Assembly (NCBI GenBank): GCA_046582655.1
Contig: JAYGDX010000066.1
Location: 1-20,806, forward strand
Length of the DNA stretch: 20,806 bases
DNA from: Candidatus Poribacteria bacterium
GTDB taxonomy: Bacteria; Poribacteria; WGA-4E; UBA9662
Direction of reading: 5' to 3'
The notes below the pieces were generated by a model. The model saw only the letters and a program-made list of their open reading frames with translations. It ran no database searches and was not told where the DNA came from. Of this stretch, positions 8,567 through 16,658 are shown piece by piece; position 1 is the first letter of the stretch; every line of letters begins with the position of its first letter. The translations under genes and the position numbers were made by a program.

Positions 8567-9400
8567 ATGGATTTGGAATTTATTACCTGCCCAGTATGTG
8601 CTGTTCAAGACACAAAACTATTGTTTGCCAAAGATGGGTTCTCAGTTGTTGCCTGCGATAGTTGTAACCTAAAATACGTCAATCCACGTCTCAGATCTAA
8701 CAACTTGGAAGAGAATTATATCAATGAATATTACCCAGCCATAAAACGCAATCACATCCAGTATAATCAGATGGAATGGTTACAGATGGAAGAAAGGCTG
8801 ATAGAGATCCAAAAGAGATTCCCACATCAGGGCCGCATCCTAGATCTGGGATGTGGTATGGGAACTTTCTTATATCTGGCGAAAAAAAAAGGTTGGGAAA
8901 CCTTCGGTGTAGATCTATCTCAGGATGGAATAGGTTTTGCCCGCGAAAATTATAATTTGAATGTCTTTTGCGGCGATGTTTTTGAGATGGATTTCCCCAG
9001 TCATTACTTCGACGTTATTACACTTTACCACGTTTTGGAACACATTCCAGAACCAAATCCGTTGCTTAAAGAATTACATCGTATACTGAAGCCAAAACGA
9101 GGTTGTCTTGTCGTTGAAGTACCGAATGGCGAAAGCTTACAAATTCGTATTCAGGGTGAGAATTGGCCGTATGTACATCCTGCAGATCACCTTTACTATT
9201 TTTCGGTATATACGTTGGCCAACCTGCTAAAAAAACACAGATTCAATCGGGTTGAAGTAGGGAAGCCTAAACGGGTTGGAAGAAGAAATGGAATGATTAA
9301 TCAACTGAAGTTTGCCGCCCGGTACAGCATTTCATCAATGTTAGTTAGATGCAATCTGGCAACAGTAATTCGTTGCTATGCTGCTTTTACAAATAATTAA
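8567..9400 (+). CDS. Class I SAM-dependent methyltransferase with N-terminal Cys4 zinc ribbon
   Basis: CPVC...CDSC, ILDLGCGMG (motif I), FDVITLYHVLEHI, LKP, VEVPN, HLYYFS. Confidence 0.9.
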   Translation: MDLEFITCPVCAVQDTKLLFAKDGFSVVACDSCNLKYVNPRLRSNNLEENYINEYYPAIKRNHIQYNQMEWLQMEERLIEIQKRFPHQGRILDLGCGMGTFLYLAKKKGWETFGVDLSQDGIGFARENYNLNVFCGDVFEMDFPSHYFDVITLYHVLEHIPEPNPLLKELHRILKPKRGCLVVEVPNGESLQIRIQGENWPYVHPADHLYYFSVYTLANLLKKHRFNRVEVGKPKRVGRRNGMINQLKFAARYSISSMLVRCNLATVIRCYAAFTNN

Positions 9401-9864
9401 TGGATCTCAAAAATTTCAATTACCTCGTTTGATAATAAACGGTTGGCTATGGTCTTCACCTGAGTATGATTAACACTACCTGTAATCCAATACTTTCTTC
9501 CCGTTTGAGCTGATTGAATCCCAACAATTCCAAGATCTGAAATCCCTTTCTCCACACTTTGACCCACAGTATCGGTTACACCTAATTTAAATCGGATTTC
9601 AATTGCCAAATCGTTCTCTGACGAATTGGGATTGACGGTTTTGATATCATTACACTCAAAATCTTGCGTGATCGGATCGGCAAGTAATTTCGAGGCAATC
9701 TGGTAGACAGTATCCGAATCGACGTCACCCTCTAAGTAGTAGATCTGTGCGGTGCGAACCTCATCAACTCCAGTAATTCCAAGATCCATGATATCTTGTT
9801 GTAATACTTTTCCGACATTATCACCTATATTCGGTTTATGAGTGATTTCGATTTTCCAATTCAT
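9397..9864 (-). CDS. purS: Phosphoribosylformylglycinamidine synthase PurS subunit, tandem-duplicated (two PurS domains)
   Basis: Two internal repeats: IEITHKPNIGDNVG...DLGI...KLLADPITQDF and IEIRFKLGVTDTVG...DLGI...RLLSNEVIEIF, each matching the PurS pattern K-x-x-V-x-D-x-x-G...LLANPVIE. Confidence 0.8.
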   Translation of the reverse strand: MNWKIEITHKPNIGDNVGKVLQQDIMDLGITGVDEVRTAQIYYLEGDVDSDTVYQIASKLLADPITQDFECNDIKTVNPNSSENDLAIEIRFKLGVTDTVGQSVEKGISDLGIVGIQSAQTGRKYWITGSVNHTQVKTIANRLLSNEVIEIFEIH

Positions 9865-9878
9865 TGATTCTTATTGTC

Positions 9879-10760
9879 TCATTTTTGCAATCTAGCTAGA
9901 ATTGCGAACCATTCGTTATGCTGACGGGTTTTTAAACATTCAAATTTATTCGAAATCAGTTCGGTCTTTACTTTATATATCTCGTTTTCCATTATACCTG
10001 ATAAAATAAGATGTCCACCTGATTTCAGGTACTTGGGTGCTTGCGGAATCATAGGTAATATAACTTTGGTCAAGATGTTGGCTACGATAAGATTGAATTT
10101 TTGATTTAGTTCAGAAAACCGATCCATCTGCTTGACATCAATGATATCTTCAACAGAATTATGCCCGCAGTTTTCTTCTGCGATTTCCACAGCTTTTTTA
10201 TCTAGATCAACCGCATAGATTTTTTGGGCACCAAGTTTAGCTGCAACGATGGCTAAAATCCCAGACCCTGTTCCAATATCAGCTACAGTTTCTCCACTTT
10301 TGACTACTTCTTCAAGTAACAAAATCGAAAGCTGAGTTGTTGGGTGATGACCTGTTCCAAAGGCCATACCTGGATTAAGGCGAATCAAAACTTCATCGTT
10401 AGAAGTTTCAACACGATGCCACGTCGGAGCAATGATGATCCGTTCACCTATGGTTTGAGGGGGAAAAGCCGAACGCCAATTCTCTGACCAGTTTTCATTC
10501 GGTACAGATCGCAAATGTAGCTCTGGATTTTCAGCTGACAAGCCGAAGCTCGGTAATTTTTTTATGAAATTACGCAGGTTGATAACACGAGCTCCAACTA
10601 AATCACTTACCGGAAAGTATGCAATCAGAGTTGTTTGATTTTGCTTATCAGGATCCGTCTTAATTTCGACACCAGCAGCCTTCTGATCGAAAAGGTAATT
10701 TTCTATTGCGCCAGATGACTCTTCAGACGTTTCAACTGTGATTTGAGCCCATTTTATCAT
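9879..10760 (-). CDS. prmA: Ribosomal protein L11 methyltransferase
   Basis: NWSENWR, IAPTW, LNPGMAFGTGHHPTT, DIGTGSGILAI, VANIL, LILSGI; lies directly after dnaJ as usual. Confidence 0.96.
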   Translation of the reverse strand: MIKWAQITVETSEESSGAIENYLFDQKAAGVEIKTDPDKQNQTTLIAYFPVSDLVGARVINLRNFIKKLPSFGLSAENPELHLRSVPNENWSENWRSAFPPQTIGERIIIAPTWHRVETSNDEVLIRLNPGMAFGTGHHPTTQLSILLLEEVVKSGETVADIGTGSGILAIVAAKLGAQKIYAVDLDKKAVEIAEENCGHNSVEDIIDVKQMDRFSELNQKFNLIVANILTKVILPMIPQAPKYLKSGGHLILSGIMENEIYKVKTELISNKFECLKTRQHNEWFAILARLQK

Positions 10761-10831
10761 TGAGCTACAGGTGCTAACGTTACCATGTGTATTGGAAGGT
10801 TATTAAAGTAAAGTGCATGGGATCATAGCTA

Positions 10832-11974
10832 TTATCTATTCCCATCTGCATTACGGTGGAAGAATTTTTCGCCGATTCTACGTAGAATACTGCTGGCATC
10901 AGATTCAATTTGCTCCCCGCGTGCCTCGGCAAAAATTTCCAATAATTCTTTTTCCTGAGTAGTCAGGTTCTTTGGTGTTTGTATTTCGACAATCACGATT
11001 AAGTCGCCAGAGGTTCGGCTATTATAGTATGGAATACCTTTACCACTAATTCTCAGACGATCACCAAACTGGGTACCGGAAGGTATTTGCAGTTTTTCAA
11101 CATCATTGATGGTTGGCACCTCAACTTCCACACCTAGTGTAGCCTGTGTAAACGTAACACAAACCGCAGTAATTAGATCGTTGCCTTCTCTGATGAACTG
11201 TTCGTGCAACTTGACGTGAATTACAACAATAAGGTCTCCGGGCGGCCCTCCACTCACGCCGGATTCTCCCTCTCTACTGACCTTTAACTGGTTGCCAGTA
11301 TCAACGCCCTTCGGTACTGAAACACGCAGATTTCGAGTCTTCTGCGTAACGCCTTCACCCTCGCAGGTTTTACAGCTGTTAAGAATAACACGTCCTTGCC
11401 CACCACAACGAGCACAGGTTCGGGTAACACTGAAAAACCCACTTTGCATACTCACTTTGCCACGTCCAGTGCACTCAGGACAAACTTGAGGTTGGGTTCC
11501 TGACTTGGCCCCGCTACCATTACAGGTTTCACAAGTTTCAAGGCGGGGTATGTTGATCTCAGCAGTTTTACCTTCAACCACATCCTCAAGATCAATTTCG
11601 AGATCATATTGCAGGTTTCGTCCACGTTTCGGTCCTGCTTGACCGCGACGCGAATCTGAAAAACCAAACAGATCGCCAAAATCACCAAATATGTTGTTGA
11701 CAATATCTTCAAATCCCCTGAAGTTATGTCCACCAATATCCATCCCTTCCAAGCCAGCATGACCGAATTGATCATACCGTTGCCGCTTCTCAGGTGTACT
11801 TAATACTTCGTAGGCTTCAGTAGCTTCTTTAAACTTGCCTTCGGCTTCTGAATCATTAGGGTTTTTGTCAGGATGGTACTTGATGGCAAGTTTTCGGTAG
11901 GCTTTTTTGATTTGATCCAAATCTGCAGATTGGTTTGTCCCCAAGACTTCATAATAGTCGCGTTTTTCTGCCAT
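10832..11974 (-). CDS. dnaJ: Molecular chaperone DnaJ
   Basis: J domain with HPD, G/F region, four CxxCxGxG repeats ([32 protein letters not shown]), GDL motifs. Confidence 0.98.
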   Translation of the reverse strand: MAEKRDYYEVLGTNQSADLDQIKKAYRKLAIKYHPDKNPNDSEAEGKFKEATEAYEVLSTPEKRQRYDQFGHAGLEGMDIGGHNFRGFEDIVNNIFGDFGDLFGFSDSRRGQAGPKRGRNLQYDLEIDLEDVVEGKTAEINIPRLETCETCNGSGAKSGTQPQVCPECTGRGKVSMQSGFFSVTRTCARCGGQGRVILNSCKTCEGEGVTQKTRNLRVSVPKGVDTGNQLKVSREGESGVSGGPPGDLIVVIHVKLHEQFIREGNDLITAVCVTFTQATLGVEVEVPTINDVEKLQIPSGTQFGDRLRISGKGIPYYNSRTSGDLIVIVEIQTPKNLTTQEKELLEIFAEARGEQIESDASSILRRIGEKFFHRNADGNR

Positions 11975-12023
11975 ATGAAATACCTCGTTCTGCTAACTCA
12001 ATCGCAAGTGGTATTTTCTATTT

Positions 12024-12230
12024 TTACTTCTTTTTGCCATAACGTTGATTGAAGCGCTCAACACGTCCTGCAGTATCTATGATTTTTGATTGCTGACCAG
12101 TGTAGTATGGATGACAGTTTGAACAGATTTCCACACTCATTTTCGGATTACTCGACATAGTTTTAAAAGTTGTTCCACAGATACACCTTATTTCGGCTTC
12201 TACAAATTTGGGGTGAATATTCGGTTTCAT
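12024..12230 (-). CDS. rpmE: 50S ribosomal protein L31 (zinc-binding type)
   Basis: MKPNIHPK, CICG, EICSNCHPYYTG, DTAGRVERF; RBS GGAGA upstream. Confidence 0.98.
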   Translation of the reverse strand: MKPNIHPKFVEAEIRCICGTTFKTMSSNPKMSVEICSNCHPYYTGQQSKIIDTAGRVERFNQRYGKKK

Positions 12231-12288
12231 AATTCAATATTTCTCCAGCATTTTTCTGATTTCATGATTGTAAATTACAAAAAACATG

Positions 12289-13680
12289 TTAGCGCCACCG
12301 ATGCGCTGAGTTCTTATTGACCGATTCCGATTTATCTGGGTTGGATGTCATCATTTCAAGCAAGTCTTCGTTTGTTGGATTCTTATCCAGCTGTTCCGAC
12401 AGTAGTTCCATTGACTCTGCAACTCCCATCTGGCTCAAGAACTTGCGTAATACCCACACTTTTCTCAGGGTATCAGGTTTCATCAGTGATTCCTCACGTC
12501 TTGTTTTGGACAGAGATATATTAATTGTTGGAAATATACTGCGGTCCAACAACGATCTTTCAAGATGGACTTCCATGTTTCCGGTACCTTTGAATTCCTC
12601 GAAAATAGCGTCATCCGCCCGGCTCTCCGTATCAATTAGCGCGGTGGCAATGATAGTTAAACTGCCTCCTTCTTCAATTTTGCGAGCGGCACCAAAGAAC
12701 TTGCGAGGTTTGACAAAGGCTAGAGAGTCCAGCCCGCCAGTCAATGTTTTTCCACTCGTTGGGACAACCAAGTTACATGCTCTAGCAAAACGGGTCATGC
12801 TATCCAGAAGAATTACAACGTCTTTACCGTACTCAACCCAGCGCTTGGCTTTTTCAATTACTATATCGACGACTGCAACATGACGTTCTGGGTGTTCATC
12901 AAAAGTAGAACTGACAACTTCACCTTTGACAACCCGACTTACGTCAGTTACCTCTTCAGGGCGTTCGTCGATTAATAACACCATCAACAATACTTCTGGA
13001 TGGTTGGTAGCAATTCCCTGAGCGATATTCTTCAACAATGTTGTTTTTCCGCTATATGGTGGTGCAACAATCGTTCCTCGTTGACCTTTACCAATTGGGG
13101 ATATCAAATCAAGGATACGTGTTGCAAACTCCTTTGGATCGTGTTCAAGCCTTAGTTGTTCGTGAGGATAGATTGGTGTTAGGTTATCAAACAATATCCT
13201 ATCTTTTGAATTTTGAGGCGGTTCTCCATTTATCTGTTCGACTTTCAAAAGAGCATAGTAATGTTCTTCCTTATCGCCTGTTTTTTTCGGTGGCCGAATT
13301 TGACCTTCAACCATATGTCCGGTTCGGAGATCGAATTTTCGGACCTGTGAGTGGGATACGTAAATATCGTCTTTACTTTGCAGATAGTTATAACGGTAAG
13401 ATCTCAGAAACCCATAGCCTTCAGGTAAAACTTCAAGGACTCCACCACCAAACATTAATCCATCGTTTCGGGTAGCCTTCGCTTCAACAATCAATGAAAT
13501 TAGATCCTGCTTGCGAAGACCACTATATCCGGCTAGCCCGAGACTTTTAGCCATTCTGCCCAATTCTGCAATTGTCATATCTTGTAGTGCAACAATGTTA
13601 AGGTCCTGCATGTTTTTTGTTTTCCTTCTACGTTTGGGCTGCACAGGTTTCATTAATAAATTGTTGTCCAATCCAAACAT
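12289..13680 (-). CDS. rho: Transcription termination factor Rho
   Basis: GYGFLR, DIYVS, PIGKGQRG, LLIDERPEEVTD, STFDE, FFGAAR, EEFKGTGNME. Start uncertain among in-frame ATGs near 13680-13611. Confidence 0.98.
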   Translation of the reverse strand: MFGLDNNLLMKPVQPKRRRKTKNMQDLNIVALQDMTIAELGRMAKSLGLAGYSGLRKQDLISLIVEAKATRNDGLMFGGGVLEVLPEGYGFLRSYRYNYLQSKDDIYVSHSQVRKFDLRTGHMVEGQIRPPKKTGDKEEHYYALLKVEQINGEPPQNSKDRILFDNLTPIYPHEQLRLEHDPKEFATRILDLISPIGKGQRGTIVAPPYSGKTTLLKNIAQGIATNHPEVLLMVLLIDERPEEVTDVSRVVKGEVVSSTFDEHPERHVAVVDIVIEKAKRWVEYGKDVVILLDSMTRFARACNLVVPTSGKTLTGGLDSLAFVKPRKFFGAARKIEEGGSLTIIATALIDTESRADDAIFEEFKGTGNMEVHLERSLLDRSIFPTINISLSKTRREESLMKPDTLRKVWVLRKFLSQMGVAESMELLSEQLDKNPTNEDLLEMMTSNPDKSESVNKNSAHRWR

Positions 13681-14002
13681 CAGATTATTGGATTTTTGCT
13701 AGGCCATCCACTGAATTTCTGGTATGGAAATCGTGAATATCTGGAAAAAGAAAGGTTTTTCCTAAAACGTAGCTTTTTGATTTTTGATAGTGTTACGAAG
13801 TTATAAAACAGCCTCGAATTCGCACATAAAAACAATATACATCACATACCTTCCAAGGCATTTAAAAATAAGGATTCTACAAAGGAAAGTTTGAATTAAA
13901 TAGAACGGATAATTTGAAGAGAGCTCCAATCCCAAAAATGTTGGGAATGAAACATTACTTGAGCCTCTACAAATATTTGGTAGGGTAATTCTCCAGAAAG
14001 CT
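13681..14002 (-). promoter_or_regulatory. Long rho 5' leader with pyrimidine-rich, G-poor (rut-like) tract
   Basis: About 320 nt between the inferred start site and the ATG. Minus strand ~13925-13865 reads CTCTCTTCAAATTATCCGTTCTATTTAATTCAAACTTTCCTTTGTAGAATCCTTATTTTT. Confidence 0.5.
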
Positions 14003-14008
14003 ACACCA

Positions 14009-14038
14009 ATTATACACTAACAACGTTAAAATCGTCAA
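14009..14038 (-). promoter_or_regulatory. sigma70-type promoter for the rho cluster
   Basis: Minus strand TTGACG (14038-14033), 18-nt spacer, TATAAT (14014-14009), pointing at rho. Confidence 0.7.
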
Positions 14039-14051
14039 GTGATTATCACTT
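14037..14051. promoter_or_regulatory. Perfect 7-1-7 palindrome, candidate operator
   Basis: AAGTGAT-T-ATCACTT overlapping the upstream edge of the -35 hexamer. Confidence 0.35.
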
Positions 14052-14061
14052 TTTTAACAAT

Positions 14062-14183
14062 AGACCTCTTGCATAAATCAAAGAAATAGAAGTTCGAAGA
14101 TTTTTGAGCCCACGTATTCAATGAATTTAGGTGCCTCTCAGCTATAGAATTCTGATGAGTTTTACTACTTATGCAAGAGGTCT
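14062..14183. mobile_element. MITE (122 bp non-autonomous element), ends resembling IS5-family ISL2-group TIRs
   Basis: Perfect 15-bp terminal inverted repeats AGACCTCTTGCATAA (14062-14076) and TTATGCAAGAGGTCT (14169-14183), flanked by the direct repeat AAT (14059-14061, 14184-14186); too short to encode a transposase. Confidence 0.85.
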
Positions 14184-14266
14184 AATCCTTGATGTATTTC
14201 GCTGACATCTGTGACTATGAATACCAAAGGTTTTTGGGTAATGCTAAGTTCCATATTAGCCTCATG

Positions 14267-14312
14267 CCTACCCCGTCAAAATTTAAAATTATGAAAATTG
14301 GGACAGAGCAGG
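14267..14312 (-). other. Strand-specific RNA stem-loop just downstream of the molybdopterin-subunit gene
   Basis: Minus strand CCUGCUCUGUC pairs with GACGGGGUAGG (11 bp, 3 G-U), plus inner AAUUU/AAAUU; no following U-tract. Confidence 0.55.
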
Positions 14313-14334
14313 ATCAAGATACAACAGAATTAAA

Positions 14335-16590
14335 TTAGATTTTCCCCATGGCAGCCAGAATTCGGTCAGGAGACATGGGTAGCTCTGTCATTCGTATACC
14401 GATAGCATCATAGATTGCATTGGCAATTGCTGCAGCCGGTGGAACAATTGGAACTTCTCCAACTCCTCTAACACCATATGGATGACCTGGATTTGGTACT
14501 TCAACGATAACAACCTCAATCATTGGTACATCGTAGCTGGTTGGCATCCGATAGTCAAGAAAGCTAGAGTTTGTCATCCGGCCTTCATCATTATAGATAT
14601 ATTCTTCATTCAAAGCCCAGCCTATGCCTTGAACAGCACCACCGTGTATCTGCCCTTCAACATAGCTCGGATGAATTGCTTTTCCTACATCTTGTACAGC
14701 AGTGTAACGCAGGATCCCAACTTTTCCAGTCTCCGGATCTACTTCAACATCGACAATATGCGTGGCAAAGGCACCACCAACACCTTTGGGATCTACTGCT
14801 CCACGACCAACAATTGGAGTACCTTCATCACTGATTATGCTTGCCAGATCCTTGAAGGGGACTTCGTGCACTTTTCCATTTATGTTTCTAAAGGTACCGC
14901 TGTCAAAAGTAACTTCATTTTCATCAACTTCCCATAGATTGGCAGCAAAGGTTTTCATTTGCCTAACAACGTCGTTTGCCGCTTCGATAGCGGCGTATCC
15001 AGTGGCAAATGTGGTTCGGCTACCGCCAGTTACACCTGTGTATCCAACAGAGTCGGTATCCACCACAGATGGGTTGATATCTTCGGCAGAGATGCCCAGA
15101 ACTTCTGCCGCTTGCATGGCAATTGACGTCCTTGTCCCACCAATATCTGTCGAACCTTCGATCAGGTTAACTGTACCATCCGAGTTAACGTTCAAGGAAA
15201 CACTTGATTTTAAGCCAATATTGAACCAAAATCCAGAAGCAACACCTCGGCCACGGTATTTTCCTGCGAGTGGTGTGTTGTAGTGTTCATATGCTCTCGC
15301 CGCTTCGACGGTTTCGATATGGCCGATTCTGGGAAAGATTGGTCCATCAACACGCCGAGTTCCCTCTCGTGCACCGTTCTTAATTCGAAACTCCAGTGGA
15401 TCCATGCCCAGTTTTTCACACAGTTCATCGACTACGGTTTCTGCCATAGCGGCGTTAGTGGCACCTGGAGCTCGGTAGGGTGCCGTTTTGGGGATATTGA
15501 GAACAACGTCGTACCCATCAACGAGGAAATTGTCAATGCTGTATGGAGAGAAAATACACTGTGCTCCGCAATCGACAAGTGCGCCTGGGTAAGCACCTGC
15601 CTCATAGATCAGTTCCGCTTTAGCGGCGGTGATGTCCCCATCCTTGTTGATACCCATTTTAACGGTGATATAGGATCCAGCTGTCGGTCCCGTACTTTCA
15701 AACACCTCAGCCCGATCCATTAAGATCTTAACGGGTTGTGAAGTTTTCATTGATAATAGTGCCGCCACCGGCTCAAGGTAAACAGGGATCTTACCACCAA
15801 AACCACCGCCAATCTCCATTGGCACAACTTTGATATCCGAAACTGGCATCTGCAAAATCTTTTCCAATTGATCGCGAACTTCAAATGCACCCTGCGTACT
15901 GCACCAAATTGTTAAATGACCGTCCGATTTGTAGAGTGCAGTTGCATTATGTGGTTCAATGTATCCTTGATGGACGGTTGCCGTCTTGAACTCTCTCTCG
16001 ACGACTTCATCTGCTTCAGCAAATCCTTTTTCAATGTCTCCCTGCTGAAACTGGAGGTGTTTAGCCACATTGCTTGCTTTTTCAGAAGTTTTTCCGAGCG
16101 AGGTTGTTTTGAGATCCTCATGCAACAAAGGGGCGCCGTCGGCCATTGCCTTACGCACGTCCATCACTGGTGGCAAAATCTCGTAGTCTATTTCGATTAG
16201 ATCTATTGCCTCTTCGGCAGTATGTGGATTGGTTGCGGCAACAGCAGCCACTGCATGGCCTTTATAAAGGGCTTTGTCACTAGCTAAAATATTGTCCTGT
16301 AGGAACTTAATATCTATGGCCCCTCCCTCACCAAGTACGACCACCCCTTCATCCGCCTCCGGCATGTCAGCCGCGGTGACAGCCGCTTTGACGCCCACAT
16401 GTGCTTCCGCTTTGCTGGTATCAATCGACTTGATGCGTGCATGCGCGTGCGGACTTCTTAATATCTTACCGTGCAATAAACCTGCCATTGTGAAGTCAGC
16501 ACCGTAGAGGGCTCGACCAGTCACTTTATCGACACCATCATGACGAATGGGGCGAGTCCCGATTACTTTGTATTCTTTATCATTGGACAT
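14335..16590 (-). CDS. Xanthine dehydrogenase / aldehyde oxidoreductase family molybdopterin-binding (large) subunit
   Basis: DKVTGRALYGAD, RSPHAHARI, HQGYIEPH, STQG, GGGFGGK, YRAPG, TGGSRT, VEGQIHGG, DYRMPT, RGVGEVP (catalytic Glu); RBS GGAGG. The YRAPG loop differs from CO dehydrogenase AYRCSFR/AYRGAGR. Confidence 0.95.
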   Translation of the reverse strand: MSNDKEYKVIGTRPIRHDGVDKVTGRALYGADFTMAGLLHGKILRSPHAHARIKSIDTSKAEAHVGVKAAVTAADMPEADEGVVVLGEGGAIDIKFLQDNILASDKALYKGHAVAAVAATNPHTAEEAIDLIEIDYEILPPVMDVRKAMADGAPLLHEDLKTTSLGKTSEKASNVAKHLQFQQGDIEKGFAEADEVVEREFKTATVHQGYIEPHNATALYKSDGHLTIWCSTQGAFEVRDQLEKILQMPVSDIKVVPMEIGGGFGGKIPVYLEPVAALLSMKTSQPVKILMDRAEVFESTGPTAGSYITVKMGINKDGDITAAKAELIYEAGAYPGALVDCGAQCIFSPYSIDNFLVDGYDVVLNIPKTAPYRAPGATNAAMAETVVDELCEKLGMDPLEFRIKNGAREGTRRVDGPIFPRIGHIETVEAARAYEHYNTPLAGKYRGRGVASGFWFNIGLKSSVSLNVNSDGTVNLIEGSTDIGGTRTSIAMQAAEVLGISAEDINPSVVDTDSVGYTGVTGGSRTTFATGYAAIEAANDVVRQMKTFAANLWEVDENEVTFDSGTFRNINGKVHEVPFKDLASIISDEGTPIVGRGAVDPKGVGGAFATHIVDVEVDPETGKVGILRYTAVQDVGKAIHPSYVEGQIHGGAVQGIGWALNEEYIYNDEGRMTNSSFLDYRMPTSYDVPMIEVVIVEVPNPGHPYGVRGVGEVPIVPPAAAIANAIYDAIGIRMTELPMSPDRILAAMGKI

Positions 16591-16658
16591 TATGAATCTT
16601 CCTCCATGAAGCTCGAGTTGAAGTGTGGTTTTGATAGGTTTTTTCCTTTAACCCCATC

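Noticed and set aside
8882..8890. A9 homopolymer in the methyltransferase (also T8 at 5256-5263) as phase-variation tracts
   Set aside because: Both genes are in frame, and such runs are expected in AT-rich DNA.
11975..12023. CIRCE element upstream of dnaJ
   Set aside because: No TTAGCACTC-N9-GAGTGCTAA match in this gap.
12317..12883. 188-aa + strand ORF (and 13038-13475, 13511-13702) opposite rho
   Set aside because: Antisense shadows of a conserved gene; Ser-rich or low-information translations without recognisable motifs.
13681..14334. CRISPR array or tRNA in the large intergenic region
   Set aside because: No regularly spaced direct repeats and no cloverleaf; the repeats present are inverted and explained by the MITE and hairpins.
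14482..16507. Several + strand ORFs opposite the molybdopterin subunit gene
   Set aside because: Fully nested antisense ORFs with no recognisable domains.
14335..16590. Calling this gene coxL (aerobic CO dehydrogenase)
   Set aside because: Active-site loop is PYRAPG, not AYRCSFR (form I) or AYRGAGR (form II); no coxM/coxS.
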